In this document: one piece after another, positions 1 through 13,208 of the stretch | Position numbering within the stretch: the stretch's first letter is position 1 | Layout: every line of letters begins with the position of its first letter | Notes under the pieces: model-generated | What the model was told of the DNA's origin: nothing | Databases searched by the model: none | The model's input: only the letters and a program-made list of their open reading frames with translations | Assembly (NCBI GenBank): GCA_004431415.1 | Contig: QPMI01000560.1 | Span: forward strand, 248,001-312,000 | Direction of reading: 5' to 3' | Source: Cyanophora paradoxa CCMP329 | Taxonomy: Eukaryota; Plantae; Glaucophyta | Length of the DNA: 64,000 nt | Made by a program: the position numbers and the translations under genes

Positions 1-45
1 CAGTGCTAGATAAACGAGCGGAAAGGGAAATGGGCGGACTGCCGG

Positions 46-1671
46 CTACTGCGGTTGAGGCGGCTCGAGTGGCGGGGGCGGGCAAGGTCCGGAGGGGAGG
101 GCGGAGGGGGATGGGGGCAGAAAGGATTCGAAGAGGGCTACGAGTGTCTGGAGGCCGAGGATGTACCCCTCATCCCGCTCGCCGGGCAGGGCGCGGTGCG
201 TGTGCGCGAAGTCGATCATGCGCAGCTCCACGCGGTGCCTCCGCCGCTTCCACTGCAGGCCGCCCCCGACGCGGATCGCTCGCTTGCGCAGCTCGTCCCC
301 CGCGGCGCCCGTCGCCCGCAGGGGCACCGGCGGCGTCGCCGAGGGCCGCGACGACGCCGAGGCCGACGCTGCCGCGTCGGGCTCCGAGTTGTCGCTGCTC
401 GAGGCGTCCCCCGCCTCCGAGGCCGCGCACGACGAGGCGCCCGAGCCCTCGCCGTGCCCGTTTCCCTCCCCCTCCTCCCCCTCCTCCCCCGCCTCCGGCC
501 CCCGCTCCGCGTCCCGCGAGCCCGACGCCGCGCCCGGCGGCCCCGCCGGCGGCTCCTCCCCGTCGTACACCAGCAGCAGGCTACTCGAGTAGAAGCTGCG
601 CCGCCGCGTCGGCCGCGGCAACCGCGAGGCGCGCGGCGCGCGGCGAGCGGCGCACCGGAACTCCCGCTGGTCCAAGAAGAGCGCGAGCAGCTTGCGCAGG
701 CGATCCAGGAAGAGCGGCACGAGGTCCGTGCGGTACCTGCGCCCGCCGTCAGCTGTACGTGCATGCCCCGCGCTCCGCCGCTCGCGCTGGACTCGCCTGC
801 TGCCGTTGTGAAAGTACCGCCGCACGCAGTTCCTGAACGTCTCCTCGTCAAGCTTCTTGCCGAAATGGCGGTCCCTTCGGAAGAAGTTGTGTGCATTCGT
901 GTCGTACACCTGCTCGTACGCGGGGCTATGAGCTACGATAGAGATTGAGATCACTAAGCGCGGCTGGGGACGCGTGCGCTGCACCTGCATGCCCGTGAGG
1001 CGTACGCCGAGCTTGGCCGACGTCGAGTTGAGACACTTGGCCATCATTGCCGCGATCTTGGCGGGGGGGGCGTCATCGTCGTGCTGACGTATACCCATTT
1101 TCAGATCGAGCACGCATGGCTGCTTCATCCCGCTCGTCAGGTCCTCCAGCAGGATGAATCGTGGGCGAATCTGTCAAGGTCGGTTGCGGGATCTGGTGCG
1201 AATCTAGGGCGGGGAGCTAAGCAAAAGGCATAAAGGATATGTCGCAGCTTCTTGGAGTCCACGGTCCTGAACGGTACACAGCGCGGGATACCCGCCAGGG
1301 CGAGGGCGCGCTCGCGGTCCATCTCAGTGACGAGGGACTTGGAGAGGCAGCTGCGGACTTCCTGCGACGGCGACGAGCCGAGTACAACATCCTCCTCAAG
1401 TTCGCAGCTGCCGAGGTAGGACGGGACAAAAGGCCAGAACCGCCGATGCGCTTTCACGGCTTCGTAGAACTCCCCCTCCGTGGGGATGAAGGGCTTGCAG
1501 ACGCAGTCGGGAGAAGGCTTTAGAAGCCTTCCGTGGCCCGCAACCTGCCGCGCCCGGTGTGAGACCGCATGAATACCCAAGCGCCTTTCCGCGGAACGCC
1601 CAGATTCGCGTCACCTGGTGCTCGTAGTTTCCCAACGTTGCGAAGCCCACGCTCTCGTCCAAAGATGCCAT
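46..1671 (-). CDS. Inositol polyphosphate kinase (IPK family, IP6K/IPMK-like), multi-exon
   Basis: Spliced translation gives HQ|VAGH at the N-terminus, PCVLDLKMG (PxxxDxKxG), [12 protein letters not shown] and MIDFAH, the catalytic motifs of the IPK family. Confidence 0.9.
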
Positions 1672-1961
1672 CCGCTCATCGACCGGGAGGACCCCGAGCT
1701 TTTTCAGGGGGGTAGGGGGTTCTCAAGCGGTTCGTTCGATCGAAGCCGCGGGCGGTCCGAAGTGTGCAGGTCCAGGAGCGAAGCATACAAGGGGCGCGCC
1801 GATAGATAACGCGAGGTGGACGCGCGTCGGCGCCCGAACTCCCCATCATAGCTCCCGCATCCGCGGCGCCAGCGTGTCCTCATTGAAGATCCGAGGGCGT
1901 AAACCTAACGGCAGCACCAGCCCGCTCGAGTCACGACTTTTCAGTCCGGCTCAAACTTTCG

Positions 1962-3488
1962 ATGCTTCGCACGCTCTCTGCCGCATCGGCGGCGCACCGC
2001 GCAGCTCCGGCAGCGCAATACGCGGTCTCGGCGGCTTTGCCACACGCCGTTCCTCGCCGCGGGATGGCAGGCCCCACGATGCGCTTGAAGCCGCTTCCGC
2101 CCAGCATCCGCCGCATTCCGGGCGTCAGGCAAGTTATCGTGGTGTCGTCGGGTGCGAGCGCCTGCCGATTCGCAGCGGCCTCGAGCCCCTGCGCTTGACG
2201 CGCACGCCCCAGCGAAGGGAGGCGTCGGCAAGAGCACGGTCGCCGTCAATTTGGCGTGCGCGCTAAGGCGCTACTACCCGCGCGTTGGTGAAACTCTCGG
2301 TTCACGTTTGCGCCCCTACGGGAGTGCCGAGCCGCGCGCGCCCCGCAGGCATCCTCGACGCCGACATCTTTGGGCCCTCGCTGCCCCAGATGCTAAGGCT
2401 TCCGGACAAGAAGCCCGACGTCGACGAGAGTGCGCGCGCGCGTCGCGTCCAGCTGGCCCCGATGGGGATCTGGAGCTCGAGCCGCTGGGGCGGGCCGCAG
2501 ACAAGAACATGATCCCGCACGAGGTGCACGGGATGCAGTGCAACTCGATGGGCGTGCTCGTGCCGAAGGACTCCCCCATGATCTGGCGAGGCCCCATGGT
2601 GCGTCCGCCCGCGCGTGCGCGAGTGCGGCGCATGCAGAGGCGGCGGCGGCGAGCGCGCGGCGCACTCGCGGACAGTCGGCATACTGACCGGCGGCGCGTC
2701 CCGCGCAGGTCATGTCGGCGGTGGAGCAGCTCTTCTTCAAGACGGCGTGGAAGGACATCGACGTGCTCGTCGTCGACATGGTGCCCCCCTCCGGCCCGCC
2801 GCTCGCCCGCCGTCCACGCCCCCACTCACGCTCCCCCGCAGCCGCCGGGCACCGGCGACACGCAGCTGACGCTCGCCCAGAAGGTCCCCGTGGCCGGTGC
2901 GGCGCGCCGGGGACCCTCCCCGGGTCTTGGCCTTCGCGGGCTCACGCGGGGCGGGGCGGCGCAGGCGCCGTGATCGTGTCGACGCCGCAGGACGTGGCGC
3001 TCATCGACGCGGTCCGCGGGGCGCACATGTTCAGGAAAGTCAACGTCCCGGTGCGCCCGTACCCGGCCCTCGATCCCCCTTGGCGGCTGCCCTCGCTGGC
3101 CTCAGCGGGGCGTGCGGGGCCAGATCCTGGGCCTGGTGGAGAACATGAGCATGTTCCACTGCCCGAGCTGCGGGCACGAGAGCGCGATCTTCGGGAGCGG
3201 CGGGGCGCAGGCGAAGGCGGCCGAGCTCGGCATCGACTTCCTGGGGCGCATCCCCATCTCCACCGAGATCCGCGTGCGCCCCGCCGGCGCCGCCCGCCCC
3301 GCCCCCCCCGCCGGCGCCGCGGCGGGCGAGAGGGCGGGCCGCAGGTGCACGCGGACGAGGGGCGGCCGATCGTGCTGGAGCGGCCCGAGGGCCCCGAGGC
3401 GGCCGTCTACCTCGACGTCGCCCACCGCGTCTACGCCAAGCTCACCGACCCCGCCTTCATCGCCGCCAACCCCACCCAGCTCCCTTAG
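1962..3488 (+). CDS. NUBPL: Mrp/NBP35-family Fe-S scaffold ATPase, mitochondrial Ind1/NUBPL-like, multi-exon
   Basis: Ala/Arg-rich presequence, then VSS|AKGGVGKSTVAVNLA, LDADIFGPSLP, MIWRGPM, DM|PPGTGD, STPQDVALIDA and ENMSMFHCPSCG. Confidence 0.88.
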
Positions 3489-3708
3489 ACCCACGCCCAG
3501 CGCGCCCCCGGCGACCCCGGCCCTCCTCCAAACTTCGTAATGTATTCAGACTAATTTAACTAACTACGAGACCTAGATGGCTGCCTATAGGCGCCGCGGT
3601 GCTGGGCGCATCGTCTAACGGTCGCGGAGGTGCAATCGCACACGCTCTGAGGAGGCGTGGCCGTGGTAAGAGGAATACAATATCGAGGGGAAATCGCCTA
3701 GCTACATG

Positions 3709-4658
3709 CTACAGCCAACTCTTGAGGGCACTGGCCGCCCCCGCAATCTCTTTAAGGAGCGCGAGCTCGTTCAGTTGTTGCCGAACGTGTGGGCGTATCT
3801 GCATGCGTGCCAGGTCAGAGGGGCGGGAGCTCTCCGAACGGAGGGCAGACCGGCTGTGGCGGACGCTGTGCCAGTAGCCGCCAGGGCGCACGATCTCAGC
3901 GGGGGCTGGCGTGTGCTGCGCGCCGGGACGCGCGTGAGGGGAAAGCGGTGGGCCGGGGCTGGGTCGGCGTACCCGAATGTCCTCGGGGTTGATCTTACCG
4001 GCAGAGCCGCCGCTGCTGCTGCTGCCGCCGCCGCCAGACTGCTGCAGGTGCCGCCGCTGCGGCTCCGCTTCCTCCGCCGCAGGGCGAGCTTCGGGCTGCG
4101 CCTGCGGCTCGGGCGCTGACTGCGCCTCCGCCTTGGAAGCAGATGCAGGCTCGACCGCCGCCTGGGCCGGGGGCTTGGCGGCCGCGTCGGCCTTCACTTG
4201 AGCCTCGACCCGGATGGGCTGAGATGGCTCCTTGGGCGCCTCGACCTTCGCTGGCGCGTTGACTTTCGCTGGTGCCTCGACTGGGGCGGCCTTCGCTTCC
4301 TTCTTCACGGGCTTGGCGACCACTGGCTCGAAAACCGGGGGCTCTACGCGAGTCTCTGGTACTGCTTCCTTCGACTTTGCATCCACGCTCTCCTGCTGGA
4401 CTGGCGGCACAGCTGACTCCGTGCGATCGGCATCCTCGAGGTCCGAAGCCGCAGTCGCGGGCTCAGGCTCGATGGATTCCTCAGGTAGGGGCGCGTCTCC
4501 AGCATCCAGAACTGCGGCGCAGCGTCAGCGGTCGCTCGAACAGCGAAGACGGGAAAGGGGGCTTGCGTACACGCGTAGTCCGCCGCAGGCTCCTCGGCGA
4601 GCGCTACGGCGGCCAGGAATCCAAGAGCAAACACCAGGGCGAGCGCGGACGGGCGCAT
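3709..4658 (-). CDS. Hypothetical secreted protein (signal peptide, acidic Ala/Pro/Glu/Lys-rich region, RRHLQQ site)
   Basis: Signal-peptide-like start MRPSALALVFALGFLAAVALA-EE; in-frame splicing into the 3709..4410 ORF. The frame of the last exon is uncertain. Confidence 0.6.
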
Positions 4659-5263
4659 TTCCGGTGCCCGCATGGCGTTGGTCGCAACGATGCAAAGCTG
4701 CGTCTAGCGCTGGGACGGAGTGCAGGCTGCTTAGCCCACTTCAGGCCGTGTATCGGTCGTCTGGTTGGCCTAGGAGAGACTTTGCACTGTGCACTTAGCC
4801 GGGGTACGTGTGGCTGCGGAAATTTGGCCCGCACGCGCATACGTAGACCCGCCAGCCGGCATTGCAACTATCTCTTAAGCTCGTGCTGCTGGGACGCGCG
4901 TGGAAGCGTAGAAGCTCTCAGACGCCACGAGCATCCAGCTGTCGCATCTTTAGCTGAGGAGAAGCCAGCTACGGATTGGCGGGTGCTTCTTTAGAGCACG
5001 ATGCGCTTGGACGGAGGCTCGCCGCCCCCTAGCACGAAGAAGAACGCGTCGCCGTCAAGGCCAGCGCGAGCGTCTCCGGAACCCGCCGAGCCTCCGCCAA
5101 CACATCAGAGAGCCCCTGATGCAGTCGATCCGGATCAGCAGGTACAGTCAGAACTTTCGTCTCGCTGTAGGAGGCCCGCGGGCTTGCGGGGCGCCCCGGG
5201 GCGAGGCCGCCGCCCCCGCGGCCCGTCGGCGTCGGGGGGCGGCCGGTCGGCGAAAGCTTAGCT

Positions 5264-7099
5264 ATGGCGCAGGACTTCGAGGCGCTGAAGGCGCTCGTGG
5301 ATAAGCTGAAGGAGCGCGGGGACCTCGCGACCGCACACGACTGCATCGCACAGAAGCTTGGGGAGGGCCGCTACACGGACTTGCACCGCGCGGAGCTCGC
5401 ATGCGCTGCAGCGGCCATCCGGCTGCAGCTTTTGGATAACGATGGGGCCTTGGATTTGTATTCTCAGGCACTCTCTGTATATCACGCCGTCAGGGGCCCC
5501 GACGACCTGGACTCGCTCCTGACCGCGCACGAAATCGCGTCCATCCTCGCCGTGCGCCATGCCCTGCCCTGCCGCGCGCCGCCGCCGTGGGCGGGGGCCG
5601 AGCGCGGGGAACGGGGACAGTATGTGAAGGGGCGGCCCGGGGAGGCGCTGGAGATCTTCCGGGACATCGCGCGCCGCTGCGAGGCGTCGTTCGGGGGCGA
5701 GAACCAGGACGTGACGTACGCCGCCCTGATGGACCTCGGGACGTGCCTGCGCGACGTGAACCGCACGGCGGAGGCCATCCTCGTCCTCCGCCGCGCCCTC
5801 GACGGCTACCGCGGCATGGTGCGGCCCGCCGGGCGGCTCGGATCGCATCCGCGCTGCAGCCGGATGACGGCCGGGACGCGCAGCTGGGCCCGGAGTCGGC
5901 GATGGCGGGGCGGGTGCTCTCGGCGATTGGGGACTGCTACCGCCGGACGGGGGAGCACGAGGCGGCGCGGCGGATCCTCATGGAGGCCGCTGCCGTGCAG
6001 CGCAAGGTCATGGAGGCCGCCCAGGCCGACGCCGAGGCCGACGCCGAGGAGGGCGGGGGGGAGGCCGCCGAGGGCGCCGGCCACCAGGCCGCCCTCGAGC
6101 TCGCCGGCACCCTCAAGTCCCGTGCGCCCCGCCGCCCCCGCACCCTGCCCCGCGCCCCGCGTCCCGCGCCCCGCGCCTCTGCCTCACGCCGCCCGCCCCG
6201 CAGTCGGCTTCGCGTGCATGTGCCTCAAGGACGGGCAGGCCGCGACCGAGGCCTACGCGAGCGCGCTCGAGGGGTACCGCTCGCAGCTCGGGCCCGAGAA
6301 CCCCGCCACGCTGCAGGCACAGGTACGCCCCTTGCCCTTCCCGCCCCGCTGCTGCCCCGCCTGTCCGCCCCTCCGACGCGGGCCCCGCGGCAGGACGACT
6401 ACGCGTGCGTGGTGCGGGACTTCGGGGGGGAGCACACGCGGGCCCTCCACCTCTTCCACGAGGCGCGCCCCCGCTGCTTTCCCTCCGAGGCTGCGTGCGT
6501 GCGAGCGGGGCGCCGGCGCAGGTGCTCGCCGCGCGGCAGAGGCTCTACGGAGACACCCCGCACGCGGTGCGCGCCTGCGCCGGCCCTGGGCCATCCGAGC
6601 CACCGCCGCCGGCTGAGGGGCCTGGCGCAGAGCGTGGCGTGGTCGCTGTGCTTCGTGGGGGACACGCTCTTCGCGATGCGGGACTACGCCAAGGCGCGGG
6701 AGCACTACAAGGCCGCCCTCGCAGTTGCCTCCCGCGCCCTCCCGCCCGGGGACTACCGCCTCGCGCACTTCAAGCACAAGTGCGACTCCTGCCCCGAGGT
6801 GCGCCCGCGGCGGAGTGTAGGAGCTCCGTATCGGGACCGCGCGGCGTCCTGAGCGGCGGTAGGTGGTCACGGGCGCGGTTAAGAACCACTTCCGCGAGAA
6901 CGCGAAGGCGAGGATCGACACGCGATCCCCGCCGCGGCGCCCCGTGAGGACGCCGCTGAGCCGGTCGCGGTGGAGCCAGATGGTGCCGAAGTACGCGGCG
7001 CAGCACCCGTCGTCGCCGGCCGGCAGGACCTTGACCTCCGCGAGCGCCAGCTCCCTCCACCGCACAGCGTCCCCCTCGCGCCTCTCGAAGACACGCTAG
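5264..7099 (+). CDS. TPR-repeat protein (kinesin-light-chain-like TPR type), multi-exon
   Basis: Repeated units such as ALDLYSQALSVYHAVRGPDDL, AEAILVLRRALDGYR, AYASALEGYRSQLGPENPATL and AREHYKAALAV. The start could lie further upstream (ATG 5001). Confidence 0.75.
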
Positions 7100-7255
7100 C
7101 TATCGATATCAGCCCCTTGTTTGTTGAAGCTTGGAAATGGCTCCTGCGCAATTTCCGAGCCTCCAGCGGGGGGCAAGCGCTGCAGCCAGCTATAGCTGGG
7201 CAGCCTCCCGCAATGCAAATTTAAACGGGACCCGCCTGGAATCGAAGGGCCGTCG

Positions 7256-7267
7256 AAAAAGCGAAAA
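7256..7267 (-). terminator. RNA polymerase III oligo-T terminator of tRNA-Phe
   Basis: TTTT and TTTTT runs immediately 3' of the tRNA on the minus strand. Confidence 0.7.
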
Positions 7268-7268
7268 G

Positions 7269-7341
7269 TGCCACCTTCGTGGATCGAACACGAGACCTTT
7301 AGATCTTCAGTCTAACGCTCTCCCAGCTGAGCTAAGGCGGC
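7269..7341 (-). tRNA. tRNA-Phe (GAA), intronless
   Basis: Reverse complement GCCGCCTTAGCTCAGCTGGGAGAGCGTTAGACTGAAGATCTAAAGGTCTCGTGTTCGATCCACGAAGGTGGCA: 73 nt, cloverleaf, CTGAAGA anticodon loop, TTCGA T-loop. Confidence 0.97.
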
Positions 7342-7761
7342 ATGTCGAGGGCTGATTCAATGTGGAAAGTGGACAAATCTGCAATCTATCCCCAAATACG
7401 GTCGGCGACGCCGCGTCCAGACGTTCTGCAGCAGCTTCGGAGTGACTGTGAGCCGGAGCTTTGACAGAATACGCGAACAGCTCCCTTGCGCGAGGACTTC
7501 GACCCCATCAAGCTGCATACAGCCTGTACCCGCCGACACTTGCATTTCACACGCGCCAGAACTTTGACCCGGAGAGCGCGACGCCGGCCACCGCGAGGTG
7601 GCGATTTTCGTGAAGTTGATACAAGACATCTCCGTCCTGCGGAAGGCTACGCTTGCCGCCACGTTCGTGTTTCTGGCCGATTCCATGTCGGATTTCGGCT
7701 CCGTTGACGCGCACGGCTTCGCCGCGCAGGCCCGACCCGTGTGCCTCAAGAGTCGGTTGCG

Positions 7762-10700
7762 ATGGCTGTGCACTACAAGTTCAAGGCGGCGAAGGATTAC
7801 GACACCGTCTCCTTCGAGGGGCTTTTCATCTCGATCTTCAACCTAAAGCAGGCGATCGCGGAGCAAAAGAAGATCAAGCTTCTGGACTCTGACTTTGTCA
7901 TCTCCAACGCCCAGTCTGGCGAAGGTGCGGGAATCCCGATCGCCTTGCCCGCCATATGCTAATGCGCCATCGCGGCCACAGAGTACCTGGATGAGGACTT
8001 TCAGGTGCCAAAGAACACGGCGGTCATTGTTCGCCGCGTTCCTCGAGGAGCTCCAATCAGCAAGAGTAGTTTGGCGTCTCTCCAAGCCGGCACCGGGCCC
8101 TCAGTGTTCGTTTGCATTTTGCTTGACCGTTCTGTCAACAGAAGTAGCCTCCCGCATGCGCACATGCGGACCGCTGCACGCTTTTCGTCTGGGCTGTGTT
8201 TCTCCACTTGGGCGGGAGGGTCGCTCGTCTAGGGCTGTCCTTGATGCTCTGTCTTTCTTTCTAGATGAGAGTTTGGTGACCACCGCAGTCTCTCTCCCGC
8301 AATCCCCTTGGCGTTCACCCTCCAAAGTGTTTCCCGCGAATCCTCCTCGCGCCTCCCGCCCACTCCGTTTCATCCATTTCACCCTCCTTTCTTTCTCCGG
8401 GGGGGCTTACCACTGCCAGCAGCTCTCGCGCCCCTCCCGCTCCCACAGGTCCCGCGTCCTACCCAACGACGGTAAGCGGCGCTCGCCCTCGCCTCTCACT
8501 CATTCATTCTTTCGGATGTTCTCCTGTCTTTGTCCGGCGGGCCTCCGGGGACTGCCGCCTTCTCGCATATGCTGGACGCTTCCTCTCCTCACTAGGCGCC
8601 CCCCGTCGCCCCCTCAGAGCTCTGAAGACTTCAGTACCTCTTTCTACAATCGGACGGCCGCCGCGGCGCCGGCTGCTGCGCCCTCCTCCTCGGCTGGTCC
8701 CTCTGGAGTCGCAGGATCCGAGGCGGACGAGCTGGCAAAGATCTCGGCCACGGTTAACCAGGTCGCAGAAGATTGGCGCAAGTGCGCCCTTTCCAGCGTT
8801 CCCCGTAGCCCGCACGGCCTCGTCTCATGTTCGCGCCCCGTGTTTGTCGATAACAGGCCCTCTGTGCCCCCCGCGGGGCGTGGAGGATTCCAGCAGCGCC
8901 AGCCGTACGGGGCTGGTGAGACCGCCTGCCGCGTGGCCTCTATGCAGCACTCTTAGGCGTCGTGAGCAGGGCGCGGCGGCGCGTTTCCCCCAGGCCAGTC
9001 GCAGTATGGAGTTCCCCCCGGTTTTGGACAGTCCGGCCCCACGCCTCCCCCCCACTACTCGTGCTACCGTTGTGGGCAGCCGGGTGCGGACGAGTGCTGC
9101 AGGCAGACCCCTTTGCTCTGCCGTCGAGATCTGAGGGCCTCCTCCCCCTCCCCCTGCCCCGGCGCCCCTCGAGCAGGCCACTACATTAAGTTCTGCCCCA
9201 ACTCGGGCCAGGAGAACGAGATCGTCCGCATCAAGCGGCCCGTGGGCATCCCCCGCGCCTTTCTCCAGGTCCGGGCCGAGGCCGCGCGCCGCGCCCGCCC
9301 CCCGGGCCCCCCCGACGCGGGGCCGCAGACGGTGGACGCGGCGCAGCTCGCCGAGGGGACGGCCAAGACGGCCTTCGTCCTCCCCAACGGCTCCCTCGCC
9401 GTCATGAAGGCCAACGAGTGCGCCCCGGCCCGCCCCCCGGGCCCCGGCCCCCCGCCCCGTGCCCCTCCGACGCCGGCCGCAGCGCGGAGTTCGAGCGGCA
9501 GAAGGCGAAGACGGCTGCGATGATGGCGCCTGCGGGGGCCTCGGCGGGGGCGGCGGGGGGCGGCGCGGGCCCCGAGGAGGAGGTCATCCCCGAGGAGTTC
9601 CAGTGCCCCATCTGCAAGCAGCCGTTCACAGACGCCGTCCTCATCCCCTGCTGCGGCTCCTCCTTCTGCGACGCCTGCGCGCCCCCTCCCCGCCCCCGCC
9701 CCCTCCTGCTTCTGGCCGGGCTGACCGGGGCGGGCGCAGGCATCCGGGAGCACCTGGTGGAGACGGAGGACCGCTCGTGCGCCTACTGCGGCAAGGCCGG
9801 CCAGTCCGCCGACCAGCTCGTCCCGAACCGCAAGCTCCGCGAGTCCGCCCCGCCCCGCCCGCCCCGCCCCGCGCCCCGCCCCGTTCAGCCGGCTGAGCCC
9901 CCGGGGCAGGTCCGTAGCGGCCTTCCGGCGTGCGCGGCAGCTCGCCGAGAACGCCTTTCGCGAGCCCCCGGCCCCGGCCCCGGCCGCACCCGCGCCGACC
10001 GCCGGGCCCTCCATCTCCCCCGCCCCGACGCCCCCCGCCCCGCCGCCCAGGCCGCCCAGGCCCCGCCTCCTCCGCCTCCTCATCCCTCTCCGCCCATCCC
10101 CAGTCCCAGCCACAGCACCGGCCGGCCGCCGCGTCCGCGGCGTCGCAGCCGGCGCGGGGCCAGCCGGCGACGGGCCCTCGCCGCCGCCCGGGGCGCAAGC
10201 CGGCGGGGCGGGGCGTGCGGCCCCGGGCGGCCGCGGCGGGGCAATGTCGTCTATTATGAGCTTCCTCGCGCCGCGCCCGCCCACCGCGCCGGGCGCCGCC
10301 GGCAGCGCGGCCTCGCCCTCCCGCCGGCCGCCGTGGCGCGCCCGGCCCCGCCGGCCTCGGCCGAGGCGCAGGCTTCTGCCTTCATGGCGACGCGGGCCCC
10401 GCCCCCGGCCAGCAGCGCCCGGCCCCGCCGCCGGCGCCCCGCGTCCCCTCCGAGCGGCTCACGCCGAGCCCCGGGCCCGAGGGGCCCCCGCCCCGCTGGT
10501 CGCAATCAAGCCGGACCCCGACGCGCCGCCCCTGGCGGGGGCCCCGGAGGCCGCCCCGGCGGTCTTCATCAAGCAGGAGAGCTCGCGCGACGCTGAGGAG
10601 GCCGCAGGCGCCCGCACGCCGTCCCCTCCCCCGACGGGGCCGCCGGCAGCCCGGCGCGGCTGGCGGCGGAGGGCGGCGAGCCGCGCCCCGCGGCCCCCGG

Positions 10701-13208
10701 CTCCCCCTCGAAGCAGCAGCCGGGCTCCCCTCGGGCCGGCGAGCCGTCGCCCACCTCGCCCCGCGGGGAGCGCGCGCGCACCCCTCCCCGCCGCTCCCGC
10801 TCCCGCTCCCGCAGCCCCGGCCGGCGCCACGGCGACGGGTCGTGGGACCCTCACGGCCGGCCGGGCTTCCCACCCCACCGCGGGTACCCGGAGCACGCGT
10901 ACCCCCCGCACGACGGCATCCTCCCCGGCCCCCACTTCCCGCCGCACGGCCCGCTTCGGGGCGCCCCCGTTCCCGTGCGGCCCGGGCGGCCCCCCGTCCT
11001 GGTGCTGCCCCCTGCGGCGCCCCCGCCGCGCTCCTCTAACGCGCCGCGCAGCCGCCCTGCTTCAATTGCGGACACCCTGGCCATGACGCTCGGGACTGCC
11101 GCGCGCCCCCGAGCTTCCACGGTGCCCCCCGGCCCAGCCGCCGCGTTCCCGTCCTGCTCTGAGCGCCCCCGCAGGCCACCATCCCGCGCCGTACGGCATG
11201 ATGGGGCCAATGGGCATGATGGGCCCGCCTGGTATGATGGGCCCGCACGGCATGCACGGCCCGGCGTTCGACGTGCGCCGCTTTGCCTCGAGCGCCCGCC
11301 GCTGCCTCTGACGGCCCTCTGCAGCCCTTCGGTCGCCCCGGCTTCGTTCCGGGCGTGATCGCGCCTCCCACGATGCCGATGCGCCCGATGCCACCGTACG
11401 GCGGCTTCCCGTGCGCCCTCCCCGCCCCCCGCGGCCCGTCCGGCTGCGCCTGACGGGGGAGCTGGCAGGGGCGAGTTCTACGACCCAGGGCGCCCGATGT
11501 CGCGGGAGGAGTTCGAGCGGATGCAGGAGCACGCCCGCCGCGAGCGCGAGCGCCAGCCCAGCCGCCGCTCCCGCTCCCGCTCGCCCCCGTGCGCGCCGGC
11601 CCCGCCCAGCGCGCGAGCCGGCGCCGCGCCGCGCTCGCTCACGGCCGCCGCAGGCGCTCGGGCCGGCGCTCGCGGAGCCCGCCGAGGAGGGAGGGCGACA
11701 GGGACCGGCCGCGGGAGCGCGTGCGGACGCCGCCCCGCGCGGAGAAGGACCGGGAGGAAAGGGACCGCGAGAAGGACAAGGAGCGCGAGCGGGAGAAGGA
11801 GCGCGAGCGGGAGAAGGAGCGGGCGCGGGAGCGGGACAGGGCGCGGGACAAGGACCGCGACCGGGAGCGCGAGCGCGAGCGCGAGAAGGAGAAGGAGCGG
11901 GCGCGGGCCAGGGAGCGGGAGCGGGAGCGCGAGGCGGAGCGGGACCGGAGCCGCTCGAAGGGCGGCCGCGACGAGCCGCGCAAGCGCAGCCGCTCCCGCG
12001 GCCGCGACGCCAAGGAAGCCCGCAAGGCCGCCAAGGACGACAGCAAGGGCTCCGACGCCGAGCGGAGGCGCCCTGCGGAGACGCCCGCGGCGCCGTCGTC
12101 AGACGCGGCGGCTGCGGCGGCACCGGCGAGCTCCTCTGAGGCTGCGCCGGCGCCGGCTCCGGCTCCGGCCCCGGGCGAGGGCGAGGCGGGGGCGGGGGCG
12201 GCGGAGGCGCGGCCCGCGGATGACGTTCTGGAGGAGGGCGTCGGCGTCGAGCCGGCGGCGCCGGCGGAGGCGGCGGCGGAGGCGGCGGCGGCCGGCGGCG
12301 CGGAGGAGGCGGCGCGGCCGGCGGAGGCCTCGTCGTCGTCCCGCGAGCAGCCCCGCAAGTCGAGCTCGAAGGAGGACGGAAAGGAGCGCGGCGCGCGCGA
12401 GCGGGAGCGGGAGCGGGAGCGGGAGCGGGCGGGCGAGAAGGGGGACGCCGAGGAGCGCAGGCGCAAGGAGAAGGAGAAGGAGAAGGAGAAGGAGAAGGCG
12501 CGGGGCGAGAAGCGGGGGCGGTCGAAGGAGCGGGAGCGCTCGAGGGAGCGGGACGGGGCCAAGGAGCGCCGGCGCTCGCAGGAGCGCGACCGCTCCAAGT
12601 CTGCCAAGGACGGGAAGGAGCAGGACAAGGCCGAGAAGGCCGACAAGGACAAGGCGGGCCCGCGCCCTGACAAGGAGAAGAAGGAGAAGGAGAAGGAGAA
12701 GGACGGGAAGCACAAGGTGCGGGGAGGCGGGCGCCTCGCGGTCGCGCGCGGTCCCTGACGCGGCGGGCCGCGGCGCGCAGGAGAAGGACACCAAGGAGCG
12801 CCGCGAGAAGAAGGAGAGGAAGGAGAAGGAGAAGGAGGAGCGCAAGGAGAAGGCGGCGGCCCCGGCGGCTCCGGCGGCGGGGGCTCCGGCGGCGGGGGCG
12901 GCGTCGGCGGGCGACTTCCCCGACCGGTACGTGCCGACGGCGGCGGAGGAGGAGGAGGCGCGGCGGCGGAAGCGGGAGCGCTCGCGGGAGCGGGAGCGCT
13001 CGCCCGAGGGCAAGCGGCGCCGCTCCTCCAAGTCCCCGCGCCGCAGCAGCGCCGCCAAGGGTGCCCCGCCCCCTGCCCCGCCTGACCCTGCACCCCTCAC
13101 CCGCCCGCTCGCGCCCCAGGCTCCAAGGAGAAGGAGAAGGAGAAGGAGAAGGAGAAGAGCAAATCCGACAAGCCCGACAAGGGCGACAAGAAGCGCCGAT
13201 CTGCGTAG
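7762..13208 (+). CDS. RBBP6: RBBP6/Mpe1-like DWNN-domain protein (mRNA 3' processing, E3 ligase), multi-exon
   Basis: DWNN start MAVHYKFKAAKDYDTVSFEG, zinc knuckle CYRCGQPG|HYIKFCP, RING-like FQCPICKQPFTDAVLIPCCGSSFCDAC|IREHL and LVPNRKLRE, then Pro-rich, RS and charged tails. Small indels break the frame in the middle. Confidence 0.88.
11740..13160 (+). repeat. Coding low-complexity repeats (GAGCGG)n and (GAGAAG)n encoding RE/KE tracts of RBBP6
   Basis: Several visible runs of gagcgg/gagcgc and gagaag. Confidence 0.8.
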
